From Cyanidioschyzon merolae (taxonomy: Eukaryota), in the NCBI GenBank assembly GCA_000091205.1, contig AP006498.2: a stretch of 64,000 nucleotides of DNA, one strand, 5' to 3'. This document shows, piece after piece, positions 53,327 to 63,577 of the stretch (positions within the stretch are counted from its first letter, which is position 1; each line of letters begins with the position of its first letter). A program made the translations under genes and the position numbers. The notes under the pieces were generated by a model. It saw nothing but the letters and a program-made list of their open reading frames with translations. It searched no databases and was not told the DNA's origin.

Positions 53327-54376
53327 TTAAAGACGGCGGTGTCTTTGAAAGATAAACACCGACTTGTCCCCGAGATCGTCCCGGATATTCTGCACAAATT
53401 TCCGTAAGGAAAATACCGTCATGAAAATGGCGACTACTGTGCTCAACGCGAGTCCCGAGTTTCCGGACGCGGTGCTCCACCAACCCAAGAAGTGTCCACC
53501 AACGAGTACCGGGACCAGCATGGCAAGCACCGACGCTTCTGCGCGTCGGAAACAGAACGCTTCCTTGAAGAACACGCCTGTCAGCGCCGCCGCCACCCAG
53601 CCGGCTCCCGTTAGAACGCCAACTGGATGCTGTATCAACCAGTGCACATACAAGTCGTGCGTGTTTGTCCATACCATCCACTCACTCAGTGCCGAGGTGA
53701 GTATTCCAAAGCCCAGCAAATACTGCAGCGCTCGATGAAGCGGCTTCAAGTAGATGTGGATGTAGTGTAGTGCGATACCCAGCCCGGCGACGCCACTCCA
53801 GTAGAGCGCCTCCACGAACGCAGTCGACCTGAATTGAGCCAAGTCCAGTGGGAGCTCTCCGTTCCCACTCGTTAACCAGGCCGCTCCAACAGCTGTCACA
53901 GCAGCTAAGGTAACCAACGCCATGCCCGCACGGTAAGCGCGCACCTCGCGAACGTCGGCCTCGGTTAGGAACCACTCACCAAAGGCGCCGGCGTACGGAC
54001 CACCGAGAACTTTATCTTCGTTTTGGCTGGACTTGAACGAGTTTGGTGAGAGCGACAGGCGCCAGCAGCGCTCCATACCACCATTACAACGCCGGCGACC
54101 TTGTCGTCGCTGCTGAACGCACCTGCTGTTCCGTGCTCTGAGCAAGGCGCGCATCTCAAATTGACGAGACGCTTGCCGACAGCACGTCTTGCTCCCATGT
54201 GTGCTAGGTAATAAAACCGTTCGAGAAAAAGACGAGTAAACAAAGTTGAAAGTCATGACGAACGGACCGTCGACGAGAGCGAAAAGCGCGTCTCGAAACC
54301 CAAGGAGATTATCGTTCCAGTGTTTCCGCCACTGCACGGCGGCCGATGACGACTTCGAGCTGCATACGCGGCACAA
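53327..54376 (-). CDS. hypothetical multi-pass membrane protein
   Basis: Several hydrophobic helices ('GMALVTLAAVTAVGAAWL', 'WSGVAGLGIALHYIHIYL', 'LLGFGILTSALSEWMVW', 'GVLTGAGWVAAALTGVFF', 'VLAMLVPVLVGGHFLGWW', 'LALSTVVAIFMTVFSL'). The true start is uncertain ('MRALLRARNS' or 'MERCW' are plausible internal starts). No family recognised. Confidence 0.35.
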   Translation of the reverse strand: MCRVCSSKSSSAAVQWRKHWNDNLLGFRDALFALVDGPFVMTFNFVYSSFSRTVLLPSTHGSKTCCRQASRQFEMRALLRARNSRCVQQRRQGRRRCNGGMERCWRLSLSPNSFKSSQNEDKVLGGPYAGAFGEWFLTEADVREVRAYRAGMALVTLAAVTAVGAAWLTSGNGELPLDLAQFRSTAFVEALYWSGVAGLGIALHYIHIYLKPLHRALQYLLGFGILTSALSEWMVWTNTHDLYVHWLIQHPVGVLTGAGWVAAALTGVFFKEAFCFRRAEASVLAMLVPVLVGGHFLGWWSTASGNSGLALSTVVAIFMTVFSLRKFVQNIRDDLGDKSVFIFQRHRRL

Positions 54377-54519
54377 CGCTGGACTTGGATACGAAACCCG
54401 GTACCTGATTCAAATCGAAGTTTGAACGGGTAGCTGTGTATCTCGAAAATCGAGGCTGTATATATACAAGAACGAAAGAGTGCAACATAGCGAGCTGTTG
54501 TTTGTGGCACTTTACATAT

Positions 54520-55250
54520 TGTGAGTAAACCAGAAAATGTTCCACGGATACTGGGGGTAGATTCATACCCACCAATAGAAACATCCGAGCATTTATGGAC
54601 TGGCCGCCTGCTTTCGGCATCAGCTTCTCCTTATAAAAGCATCAGAGGCTGCATCATGATTTTAGATCGCCTCAGGTCTTCAAGTCTGTTCTTCAGTGCC
54701 GCAAATCGTCTGATATCTATGCTCGCGTTACAGTCTCGTTTCACAAACTCTAGGCGTTTATTGCCACTGGTTGAACTCATGATTGCAAGCATTGCTAGCA
54801 CTGGTGCCGTCAACCACTCTACAGTTTCGTCTGTCGCTCATCTTCTCCTTTTCCCATTTCTTCGTTATTTGCTCTTCTTCGCTCCATGTTCGGCGAGAAG
54901 AGCTATTTGCCCGACGACACAATGATGAGCCTGTCGTGGCACTGAGGTCGCGAGTTCTAGCAATCCTTGCATATCTGCGTTCAACCAGAGGCAATAAACG
55001 CATGAATTCAGTGAACCGAGGCGTCGACGCCAGCATCAATATCAGACGAGTTGCAGTGCTAAAGACGAGCCCCCAGGAGCTGACGCGAGCCAACGCTGTC
55101 CGGCAACCTCTGATACTCCAGGTATTCCGGGAGAAACGGAAGCCGATAGCATTCGACCGCTCCATAAATGCCACGAGACGTCTCCAAGTGGATATACCAT
55201 GCATCCCCATGATTGGGGAATGTTTTTCGTTTTATCGTTATTGCCCGCGG
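54520..55250. repeat. ~730-bp near-palindrome (inverted repeat) built from two Fanzor 3' ends, arms ~54520-54850 (-) and ~54910-55250 (+), centred ~54885
   Basis: The reverse complement of the left arm aligns with the right arm at ~80% identity. Each arm encodes a RuvC-III remnant: 'NKRLEFVKRDCNASIDIRRFAAL' on the minus strand and 'NKRMNSVNRGVDASINIRRVAVLKTSPQELTRAN' on the plus strand. Each continues into sequence homologous to the copy A/B non-coding tail ('ggcaacctctgatactccagg' vs 'ggacaacctctcaaagtggaac'). The centre is itself palindromic: 'gctcttcttcgctccatgttcggcgagaagagc'. Confidence 0.75.
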
Positions 55251-55372
55251 CGGCTTCAGAGGCGTTGTCGCTCCGCAGGGTTTCCAGCCAAATAGCTTCA
55301 ACGCACTACGCTGGCACGTTTTCGGCACTACCGCCACCAGCTTGTCTGTGTGTTGGTGTATTTATCTGATCC

Positions 55373-58300
55373 ATGCGTCTTTCCGAGAGGCCGTGGTCAC
55401 CGGTGACGCCTTTCTTGGGCGCCTTTCAGTGTTTGCGGCGATCAGTTGATCCTGAAGCTGCAAGCTCCCGGAAGACGCCTGTCGACGGGGTACGGACGAC
55501 GACTCGAAGTCACTCGGTAACCGCTGTCGGAATAGAACGCGCTAGCTCGCTCGTGTCAAACGTTACTGAGGATGAGCTTCTTGATCAGTCGATACGCCCA
55601 GAACTTGTGCGACTCTTATCGAAAGGCGAGGGTGCACTCAAGTCCGAAAAGGAACCAGCAGCGCCCGTTACGGTACGTCTGCAGCTGAAACGCTGGCGAC
55701 GACGAGAGGCGTCCTCGGTAGAACACTGGAATCCAGCGGTTACGTGCCATGTAAGGCAAGGTCCCGACTGGGAGACCGCCTACGGTTCATGCCCAGCATC
55801 TGTCTACCTTGATGAGTTGGACTCGCTCTGGAGTATTTGTCAACGAAGTGCGCTGGATTCATCGAACACGGAGCAACCACAGCGCGTTGCATTAGCCGAT
55901 CGGTTGTGGTCTCTGTCGCTTCAACTACAAAGCATCGTGCATACTGGACGAATCAACTGGGCCAAACTTGCAGGTGCATGCGAGAGCGGCTGCCTGAATG
56001 CTTCCGGGCCTCGTCACGATACCGTTTCGGACTTGGGCGGTTCATCGACGACGCGTCTCATGACGGATGACGGACAAAACCTCCTGAATCATTCGTCCGA
56101 ATCTCCTTCATGTTACCAAGCGCCCGCTCAGGAGACGCATCATGACGATTCACCATCGTGGGTGTCGTCCAAGACGAGTCAAGGCAGTGCGGAGCTACCA
56201 TCGGTGCCGCTTTCACCTCAGATACGCCCGAAAGCAGCATTCGTATCCGCTGATATGGAACTAGTGGCTATTGCCGATGATCAGGGGCGGGCGGCATCGT
56301 ACGCTGACGGTGAGCATGCCACAGCAGTGTGTGCAAAGCTCGTTTCATGGCCCAGCGACGACGACGACGACGACGACGACTCGCAAGTATGGGATGCCTC
56401 TGCAGACGAGACGATGCGACGCTCACGAAGAAAGCACGTGCTCCGGATCCCGAAAGCAAAGCAGGAATACCTCGTGTCGGTACCTGCGTCATGTCCACAC
56501 TGGGGCATCTGGTGGCTGCCTGGAACCGCAATCCTCGAACCGCTCCTGGAGATACTGGAGAGCCCTACCGCCTCGATCGCCGTTGTTACCGCGACGCTGG
56601 AAACACTAGAGCGCCTCCTGCGGCGAGGAGCTGCTCGTGGCCTTGTGCTCGATGAACAGCGGGATGTTGTTGTCACAGTGGCGACAAGTAGCGTAGCAAC
56701 CGACGCAGGTTGCACCCAGGGATCAGCGACTGCCTCTATAGAAAGCTTTCGCGTACTTGGCCGCCGCTGGCTTGACCTCTACGCCCGGGAACGGGTGCTC
56801 GCGAGACTCGTGGTGGTTGCCCTCACGCGCTGGTATCAGCAGCAAGTTCGCGTAGCCGGCGCCGAGTCCGCTCTACTTTGCTTTCTTCATTTGGTGCAGA
56901 CCATTGTGGACGCTGGCGTTCCCAGTCTCGATGGAGACGCTGTCGCGTCTTCTACCGCTCTGAATAGAGACACCGGTGCCGCCTCGAGTTGCGGAGCATT
57001 GCCAGTCAGCGCGCTCGAGTCGCTCTGCCTGATGTGTCTGCACTGTGCCGCGGGACGTCATCGACTTCGTTCACCGCTGTTACGACGTCGCGGGGAAGAG
57101 GTGCTGGTGAAGATCAGTGAACTGCTCTTCCGTCGTGCGTCTGGAGCAGCAATTCGCAAGTGGATGCTTCGGCTGATTGCAGCGATGATAGACCCCACGG
57201 TTGCGGATGCTGCGCTTGTCATTTGTGGTGAAGACGCAGCGTCGATCACCGCGGAATCGTCATCTCCGGGGGAAACGGTGAACGATGATCACGTTGCAAA
57301 CCCCGTTTCTGAACTCCGTCGCATCCTCTGGGAGGACAAGTCCACTGGACGCGCTGCCACGGAATGGCTCGGCCTCGGCCTGCTGAACAGTTCCGTGGAT
57401 GCCAACCGTCGACGAAAAGAGACACAAGTACTGGGATTACGCATGCTGCATCCAGTTCTGGATGCCCTGATCCAGGCTCAGACGCCCATCTCCGAGCAGG
57501 TGCTGGGCGTGGATGCAACGCTTCGAGCGCTGGTGCTGGGTCCACTCAGCCTGGCCTTGTTGCGCTGTTTAGCCCAGAGCGATGACGCCTTGTGCGCAGA
57601 GGTACATGCGTTAGCGTTTCCACTCGCGCTCAAGCTCGTGGAATGCCTGGGACCGGAGGCGCTCACCTTTTTTCATACCCTGTTGACTGTGATCCTGCCG
57701 AGCGCCCTGGAGGGTGTCCGCGAACCCGCGATGCGCTCGAACGGCTCCGTTGCTCAAGAGCTGTGTTTCCCGCTGCTGCGTCAGCTGCTGTCGCGTCTGG
57801 ATCTACTCTGGAGCGCCTACCTTGCCTATGACTGCAGCCTGCAGTTTGCCGACGCTCTCGGGCCGCTGTTCCAGGTCATCGCGAACGCATCGCACCCGTT
57901 TGCGGTACCGCTCATGGCTACGCTGCTGGAGAGCCTCCAGCAACGCGACTGGGGTCCACGGCCGCTGCGGCTAAAGCCCTGCACTGCCGCGGACTGGGAC
58001 ACTTTGTACCAGCAGCGAGCACAGAAGCAGCGACGTCAACAAGTGCTGGATACATTGGCGGGAAACGGGGCCTCCCAGCGAGACTGGAATGCCACTGACT
58101 TGTGGAAGAGTCTCCAGAAAAGTCAGCTGCTCGGCGAGGGCACTCCACCAGAGCCAGCAGCAACACCATCTGCAGCGTCTTTGCTGGCGCAGTTTCTCCG
58201 CGCTACACCCGAACTTGACAAAGTCCTCATTGGCCAAGTGATCGGCAGTCCAGACCCGTTCAGTCAACAAGTGTTGGCTGCTTACGCGCAGACCTTTGAC

Positions 58301-61300
58301 CTGCACCAGCTTCCCATTGATGCAGCGCTGCGTCTCTTTCTCGAGTCGTTCCGCTTGCCAGGAGAGAGTCAGAAAATCGATCGCATCATGCAGGCATTTG
58401 CCACCCATTACTTTAACCAGAATCAGGGACCATCGTTGCCGCTGGCTTCAGCAGACGCTGCTCATGTACTCAGTTTCGCGATGATTATGTTGAATACGGA
58501 TCAACATCATGGACAGGTGAAGCAGCGCATGACTCTCGCAGATTTTACGCACAACAATCGAGGTATCAATGACGGTGACGATCTCCCTGCGGCCTATTTG
58601 CAGGGCATCTATGAGCGCATTCGTCAACAGGAGATACGACTCAGCGATGATCACGGTGTTGCTGCGCTCGACCGTGTCCACTGGGAGGCACTGCTGCGGA
58701 ACCAGCAGCATGCCCTGCAGGTAGGCAGCGGGCATGCCGAGCAGCTCTGGACGTCCCCAAGACGTGCTGCAGCGTGTTTGCTCGGTTTCATCTGGCCTAC
58801 GCTGCTCGAGGCGTTTGGATCACGACTCGTGCTGTTACTGTTTCCACCGGGAGTCGCCAGTGCAGAGGCCGGTGCCACGACTGCACATTCGTCGTCGACG
58901 ACGACGTCGACGCTGTCCAGCGCCCTGACAGAGCGACCCCAGTCCGCGGAGCACCGGAGCATGCGGCGTGCTGGGCGTTTGCTTAGCCAGGGCACCAGCA
59001 GTGGTAGCGGTAGCGGCTCTGAGCATCCTGCCGAGCCGCTTCTATTACCGGTGCTTGGTGCCGCTGACCCGTCATGGGATCAGGTCGAAGAGGACGCTTT
59101 GCCGTCGGGCGATGAGTCACGTGTCCAGTTGCAGGAACGCTGGCTCACACGTTGGGATCACTGGAGACGTACCATTGTTGAGGATCAAGGCCCGTGGCTC
59201 GTTCGCTATCGAACCCGAGCTGCGCTCCGCGAGGCCGTTCTCCGTCTCTTTTGTCGACTGGGCTGGACTGCGCATCTGCTGGCGATGCCTACGATTCTTG
59301 GACAGGTGCTCGAGCTTCTGACGCTGCTCACGGGTGTCGTCGATGATCGTTGGCCAGAGCCGACTCCGGAAACCGCAAGCCACCGCTGCTCGCTACCAGA
59401 AGCTCCATGTCCGTGTATCCAAGCACCTGAACAAGATGAAGCGGTCTGGGTGTTTCTAAGTCACTGGAAACGCTCCCGCCGGAAGACGCGCTCTGCTACC
59501 TGGCTCGGACGACATCGACCAGCACAGCAGGTTCTGGTTGCAGTCCTCGGGCTAGCAGCTCGGTGTCTACCCGGTTTGGACGCCGCCGCCTGGTGTGCGT
59601 TAACTGCGCTCCAGTTACGGCTGGTGGAGATGCGCCTCACGAGTCCGCTGCTCATCGAACCCGAATTCGTGAACTGGCTGCCGGCACTCTGGGCGCCCGA
59701 CGGGACCCTGTTGCTGCCGGGACGCTTTGCACCGCCCTGGGCGTCTATGCTGCGGGATCTGGCTCTTCGAGAGTGCCCTGAGCTGCAGTTGCTGCGGCCG
59801 TCAGCGGCGGACGTAGCGTCGCCTCAGCCGGAGCCAACCAGTCTGTCGGGGTGCGTGGCGGCCGGTACACCCCAGTCACCACAGCAGCGACACATGCGAA
59901 AGACTCGTTCCGCTGAGGAACGCCTCGAGAGGCGCACCAAACACACTGCTGCCGATGCCGACACCCAGAGCCTCATCGCCTCCAGAGGCATCGGAGGCGA
60001 TGACGGTGATGATGATGAGGATCATGCAACTGCGTCTGCTGCACAGCATACCGTGGATGCCCCTAGACTGGGTGACAGGATGCAGGTGCTACCCCAGGAG
60101 CTCGTGGATATGGCCGACGATTCCTCCGAGGCCAACAGTTACGGTGCGAGCGGAAGCGGGCTCTTGGCTACGCTCCTCAGCGGCATCGGGTTCGGATTCA
60201 GCGGCACCGAGACGAGTACCAGCACCAGTGCAGACTCCGCTGCGGCCAAAGGGCGTCCTCGACACGACAAGACGCAGACCGGCGGCGACAATGACCTTGA
60301 GCGAGCGCGTTCTTGGCGAGCTGTCGAGCGACTCATCGCGGATCCCGAGCCAGACGAGTTGTCGGACCTGGATGCGTATCGCAGTCCAACGGAATGTGCA
60401 CCTTCTACTCGAAACGCAGATGCCTCGCTTTCGCAGCCTGCAACGACGACGACAACCACCGCTGCCGATACAGGCGCTGGGAAGACAACAGCCCCTGAAA
60501 CGGAGCCGTGGCGGCGTCTGGTCGTCGAGGACTCGTGGGACCTCGTGCGAGCGGTTTTCCCGCGGTATCTACGGAAACCTGATATGGACGCGGAACGAAG
60601 GGCGCTTACCCGCCGCTGCCTAGTCTATGCCCTGCAGCAAGCGAACCTCTTTGACCCGGCTCGTTGGATGACGGCTTCCGCCGGACTGCTGGAGGCTCTC
60701 GGCCATGCAGCGCGTTGGGCGTACCAGCTGCCGATGCCCGCGGCAACACGGCCTGTTGCACTGGAAACCCTGCACCCAGACTCGGGGAATCAGCAGCACG
60801 AGCAGCACCAGCAACACCAGCAGAAACAGCAGCAGCCTGAGAGCGCTCTCACATCGACCTGGACTGTGTCAGCATGTCGCTGGTTTCCGCGTAGAGCGCT
60901 GTGGCGGTACGCACACCTCAGCGCCGCAGATACCGCAACCTGGCGCAAAGCCTGGCTCCTGGAACATGTATCACTGGTTGTGCTGAGTGATGTGGGACGA
61001 ATGCTTGCGCACTGGGGCGTGCTCCAGGAGCTCGTGCACATGGAAATGGCCACTGCCGTCGATGACCCGACGCTTTCCCTAGAATGTGCGGTGTTTGCTT
61101 TGGTGCGTTTGGTGCTGCGTGTGCTTGCCGTAGCGGAGCGCAACTTGTCCGATAGAGTCTGTTGGACAATTCTGGCGGCTGTCTACAAGAATCTGCGTCT
61201 GCTGATGCCGTTGGCGACCTCCGCCTTCGACGCGCTTTGTTTACCGGTGTTGGTTGCACTGGGAACGATACTGGAGCGGTATCCACGCTGGATACCCCCT

Positions 61301-62533
61301 GAGGACGGCTGGGAAACGCTGTGTCTTGTATTGGAGCGTGCTCTCCGACAGTCAGAGTCGACGGTGCAGGTAGCTTGGCAGGTGCTCATGCTTCTGCTTG
61401 CGCGGCTAGATCAGCAAATGGAGCATGGAACGCTCCACGAGACCGAGGAGTTTTCGCTCCAATGTCTCGAATTGCTTCTCACGGCGATCGAGCAGCCGTA
61501 TCGTCCAGCAGCTACTACTGCTGCATCCACTGGCACAAATGCCGTCTCTCCATATGGATGCTTTCAGCGCTTGTTTGCACAGCGTGCGGCTCTGTTGACT
61601 GGAGCCGAGCGTTGCTTACCGCTCCTCGGACGTCTCGCACGTGTCGTCGCTACCCACCGGTCCATATCGGTACGCTACGAAGCCCTGGTAACACTGGAAC
61701 GCATCCTGATGGAGCCGCTCTGGCAGAATATCTCGGAATCGTCGCGCGTAGAATTGTTTACCGGTGTGTTGCTGCCGCTCGCTGAAGCGCTGCAATGGGA
61801 GGTGCTCTCCAACGAGAGCACGTTGCACACAGATCCGGTGCTCCGAGAGCGCCTTCTCATCCGCTTGGTCATGGTGCTGAACCGGTTCTGGCTTTTGCAG
61901 CACATGCTGTTGCAGCAAGTACCAGAAACGACCATCAACGACTGGTGGATGCGCCTAGTGCGCATCCTAGGTGACCTGTACGCTGTTGCGGTACGGCGTT
62001 CGCGAGCACAGCGCCTCGCTGGCGTCTCCGACGGCCGCTGGGCATCGGCACCGGTGCCTGTAGCGGCCTCGGAGACGCTCGCGGAGCACATCCATGAGAC
62101 GCTCAAGAATACGCTCCTGGTTATGGTAACGGGTGGTTTTCTGGATCCAACTCTGGAGCTTGCTGGTGCAGAAACGACCGCTGTCACTGAGAATGCGTGC
62201 AGTACAGCTGCTCGACGTTGGTCGGAGACGTTCACGCTTCTGGCTCCGCTGTTTCCCGCGCTCGAGGAGGACCTGTTGGGACTTTTGGCGCAAGCACCGA
62301 TGCATCGCTCTCGCGCTGTTCAGCGAGACACGGACGCCGCCCATACGCTTGCCGAACAAAAAATCAGTCCGACACCCGTGGATGTTCCACAGCGACCGGA
62401 TGATGTCACGACGCATACACTGACCGAGACGAGCGCTCAGACAACGGACGCCAGCACGTCCACCTATGAATCGGCAGCGCCGAGTGCGGTGCTCTGCACC
62501 GACGAGCACTCCTGTACCGAACTGGACAAGTAA
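55373..62533 (+). CDS. large Sec7-domain ARF guanine-nucleotide exchange factor (BIG/GBF1-like)
   Basis: 2386-aa uninterrupted ORF. The Sec7 domain reads 'FRLPGESQKIDRIMQAFATHYFNQNQGP...VLSFAMIMLNTDQHHGQVKQRMTLADFTHNNRGINDGDDLPAAYLQGIYERIRQQEI' (canonical FRLPGE-QKIDRIME-F and IMLNTD blocks). Long helical regions lie on both sides, as in the DCB/HUS/HDS regions of large ARF-GEFs. Poly-Asp and (QH)n tracts are present. Confidence 0.85.
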   Translation: MRLSERPWSPVTPFLGAFQCLRRSVDPEAASSRKTPVDGVRTTTRSHSVTAVGIERASSLVSNVTEDELLDQSIRPELVRLLSKGEGALKSEKEPAAPVTVRLQLKRWRRREASSVEHWNPAVTCHVRQGPDWETAYGSCPASVYLDELDSLWSICQRSALDSSNTEQPQRVALADRLWSLSLQLQSIVHTGRINWAKLAGACESGCLNASGPRHDTVSDLGGSSTTRLMTDDGQNLLNHSSESPSCYQAPAQETHHDDSPSWVSSKTSQGSAELPSVPLSPQIRPKAAFVSADMELVAIADDQGRAASYADGEHATAVCAKLVSWPSDDDDDDDDSQVWDASADETMRRSRRKHVLRIPKAKQEYLVSVPASCPHWGIWWLPGTAILEPLLEILESPTASIAVVTATLETLERLLRRGAARGLVLDEQRDVVVTVATSSVATDAGCTQGSATASIESFRVLGRRWLDLYARERVLARLVVVALTRWYQQQVRVAGAESALLCFLHLVQTIVDAGVPSLDGDAVASSTALNRDTGAASSCGALPVSALESLCLMCLHCAAGRHRLRSPLLRRRGEEVLVKISELLFRRASGAAIRKWMLRLIAAMIDPTVADAALVICGEDAASITAESSSPGETVNDDHVANPVSELRRILWEDKSTGRAATEWLGLGLLNSSVDANRRRKETQVLGLRMLHPVLDALIQAQTPISEQVLGVDATLRALVLGPLSLALLRCLAQSDDALCAEVHALAFPLALKLVECLGPEALTFFHTLLTVILPSALEGVREPAMRSNGSVAQELCFPLLRQLLSRLDLLWSAYLAYDCSLQFADALGPLFQVIANASHPFAVPLMATLLESLQQRDWGPRPLRLKPCTAADWDTLYQQRAQKQRRQQVLDTLAGNGASQRDWNATDLWKSLQKSQLLGEGTPPEPAATPSAASLLAQFLRATPELDKVLIGQVIGSPDPFSQQVLAAYAQTFDLHQLPIDAALRLFLESFRLPGESQKIDRIMQAFATHYFNQNQGPSLPLASADAAHVLSFAMIMLNTDQHHGQVKQRMTLADFTHNNRGINDGDDLPAAYLQGIYERIRQQEIRLSDDHGVAALDRVHWEALLRNQQHALQVGSGHAEQLWTSPRRAAACLLGFIWPTLLEAFGSRLVLLLFPPGVASAEAGATTAHSSSTTTSTLSSALTERPQSAEHRSMRRAGRLLSQGTSSGSGSGSEHPAEPLLLPVLGAADPSWDQVEEDALPSGDESRVQLQERWLTRWDHWRRTIVEDQGPWLVRYRTRAALREAVLRLFCRLGWTAHLLAMPTILGQVLELLTLLTGVVDDRWPEPTPETASHRCSLPEAPCPCIQAPEQDEAVWVFLSHWKRSRRKTRSATWLGRHRPAQQVLVAVLGLAARCLPGLDAAAWCALTALQLRLVEMRLTSPLLIEPEFVNWLPALWAPDGTLLLPGRFAPPWASMLRDLALRECPELQLLRPSAADVASPQPEPTSLSGCVAAGTPQSPQQRHMRKTRSAEERLERRTKHTAADADTQSLIASRGIGGDDGDDDEDHATASAAQHTVDAPRLGDRMQVLPQELVDMADDSSEANSYGASGSGLLATLLSGIGFGFSGTETSTSTSADSAAAKGRPRHDKTQTGGDNDLERARSWRAVERLIADPEPDELSDLDAYRSPTECAPSTRNADASLSQPATTTTTTAADTGAGKTTAPETEPWRRLVVEDSWDLVRAVFPRYLRKPDMDAERRALTRRCLVYALQQANLFDPARWMTASAGLLEALGHAARWAYQLPMPAATRPVALETLHPDSGNQQHEQHQQHQQKQQQPESALTSTWTVSACRWFPRRALWRYAHLSAADTATWRKAWLLEHVSLVVLSDVGRMLAHWGVLQELVHMEMATAVDDPTLSLECAVFALVRLVLRVLAVAERNLSDRVCWTILAAVYKNLRLLMPLATSAFDALCLPVLVALGTILERYPRWIPPEDGWETLCLVLERALRQSESTVQVAWQVLMLLLARLDQQMEHGTLHETEEFSLQCLELLLTAIEQPYRPAATTAASTGTNAVSPYGCFQRLFAQRAALLTGAERCLPLLGRLARVVATHRSISVRYEALVTLERILMEPLWQNISESSRVELFTGVLLPLAEALQWEVLSNESTLHTDPVLRERLLIRLVMVLNRFWLLQHMLLQQVPETTINDWWMRLVRILGDLYAVAVRRSRAQRLAGVSDGRWASAPVPVAASETLAEHIHETLKNTLLVMVTGGFLDPTLELAGAETTAVTENACSTAARRWSETFTLLAPLFPALEEDLLGLLAQAPMHRSRAVQRDTDAAHTLAEQKISPTPVDVPQRPDDVTTHTLTETSAQTTDASTSTYESAAPSAVLCTDEHSCTELDK

Positions 62534-62576
62534 AAAAGCAAGACGATGAGGCGCGCATTGCAGTGCATGCTCGATG

Positions 62577-62597
62577 GTGTGTGTGTGTGTGTGTGCA
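62577..62597. repeat. (GT)n microsatellite
   Basis: Reads 'gtgtgtgtgtgtgtgtgtg', just 3' of the Sec7 gene stop. Confidence 0.85.
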
Positions 62598-63577
62598 TTC
62601 TGAAACCGCTCGCGATTGTGTATGATGGAAAGCAACGTTCACAAATAGGCGTGTAGGTGCGTAAAGGCGTATACGCGTCTGTGTGTGCGTCTGCGTATGC
62701 ATTCGTGCATTCCTCTTTGTTACATCGACCTCTTCGCGGGGAGACGAGTGCAAACGTCGCGAACCGGGTGCATAGAGAGAGGCCAATAGCGCACAGTTCG
62801 CTGCGAAAAAGGACCAAGAAACGAGACAAGGTAGATCGACCGTATCTGCATGGCTACACCTGATCGGAGTGCACCCTTCTGCAAACGATGCGGTTTGGTT
62901 CAGATCGTAGGCACCCAAAGTCATGCGCCTTGGTGAGAGCGTTTCATGGTGCAGAGCAGTCGCGCTCGCCTTGTCCCGTGTCGTCTATTTGTGATCAGGG
63001 CAAGTGCGAGGCGTCCAGCAGCGCACAGAGTTCAACGCTCGACTAGGTCGCTCGGCTCGTACACTCTGTGGTATTGTTGTTGTGACTGCGGTTGCCGTGC
63101 TCTGGGGAATCAGCGACAAGCCGCGAGCATTCCATCTGGGGATGGTTTTACGAAACGTCTTCTCTTTGCTGAACCCCGGCGGGTTGGCACTTGAAAGGAC
63201 TCCACAGGGCAAGTGAACGCGTACGAGCACCAGCGCGTCTTCAATCGTGTGCGGGCACTTGTGGAAAACGCGACGCCGACTGGACTTGCAGGATGCATCA
63301 AGCTGTTCATCGCGAGTTTCGATCGCGCAAGGAATCAAGAACGACACGGTGCTTGCATGACAGCTAGCCTCGAAAGCGATGAACAAAACACCACCGATCG
63401 AGGCCTAACATTGCAGTGACGCAATAACGGATCATGAACGGCATTGTGCTTGCATCAAAAGGTCGTACCTGGTTGGCCTGGAACTTTGGCGCTGCCTCCA
63501 CAACGATAACTCTCGGAGCCACCACCATAAAATGAAATTGCGTGCTTCTTCACTTGATACCCGAGCGCACATGCGCT

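Noticed and set aside
54631-54813. Track ORFs 54631..54813(-) and 54783..55295(+) as independent genes
   Set aside because: Their 'M' starts are TTG and other non-ATG codons. They are the two arms of the Fanzor-derived palindrome, not separate protein-coding genes.
55373-62533. Many 60-220-aa antisense or alternate-frame ORFs inside the Sec7, nucleoporin, lipase and MscS genes
   Set aside because: These are GC-rich shadow ORFs. They lie nested inside long, motif-supported coding regions and are low complexity (R/A/P/S-rich).
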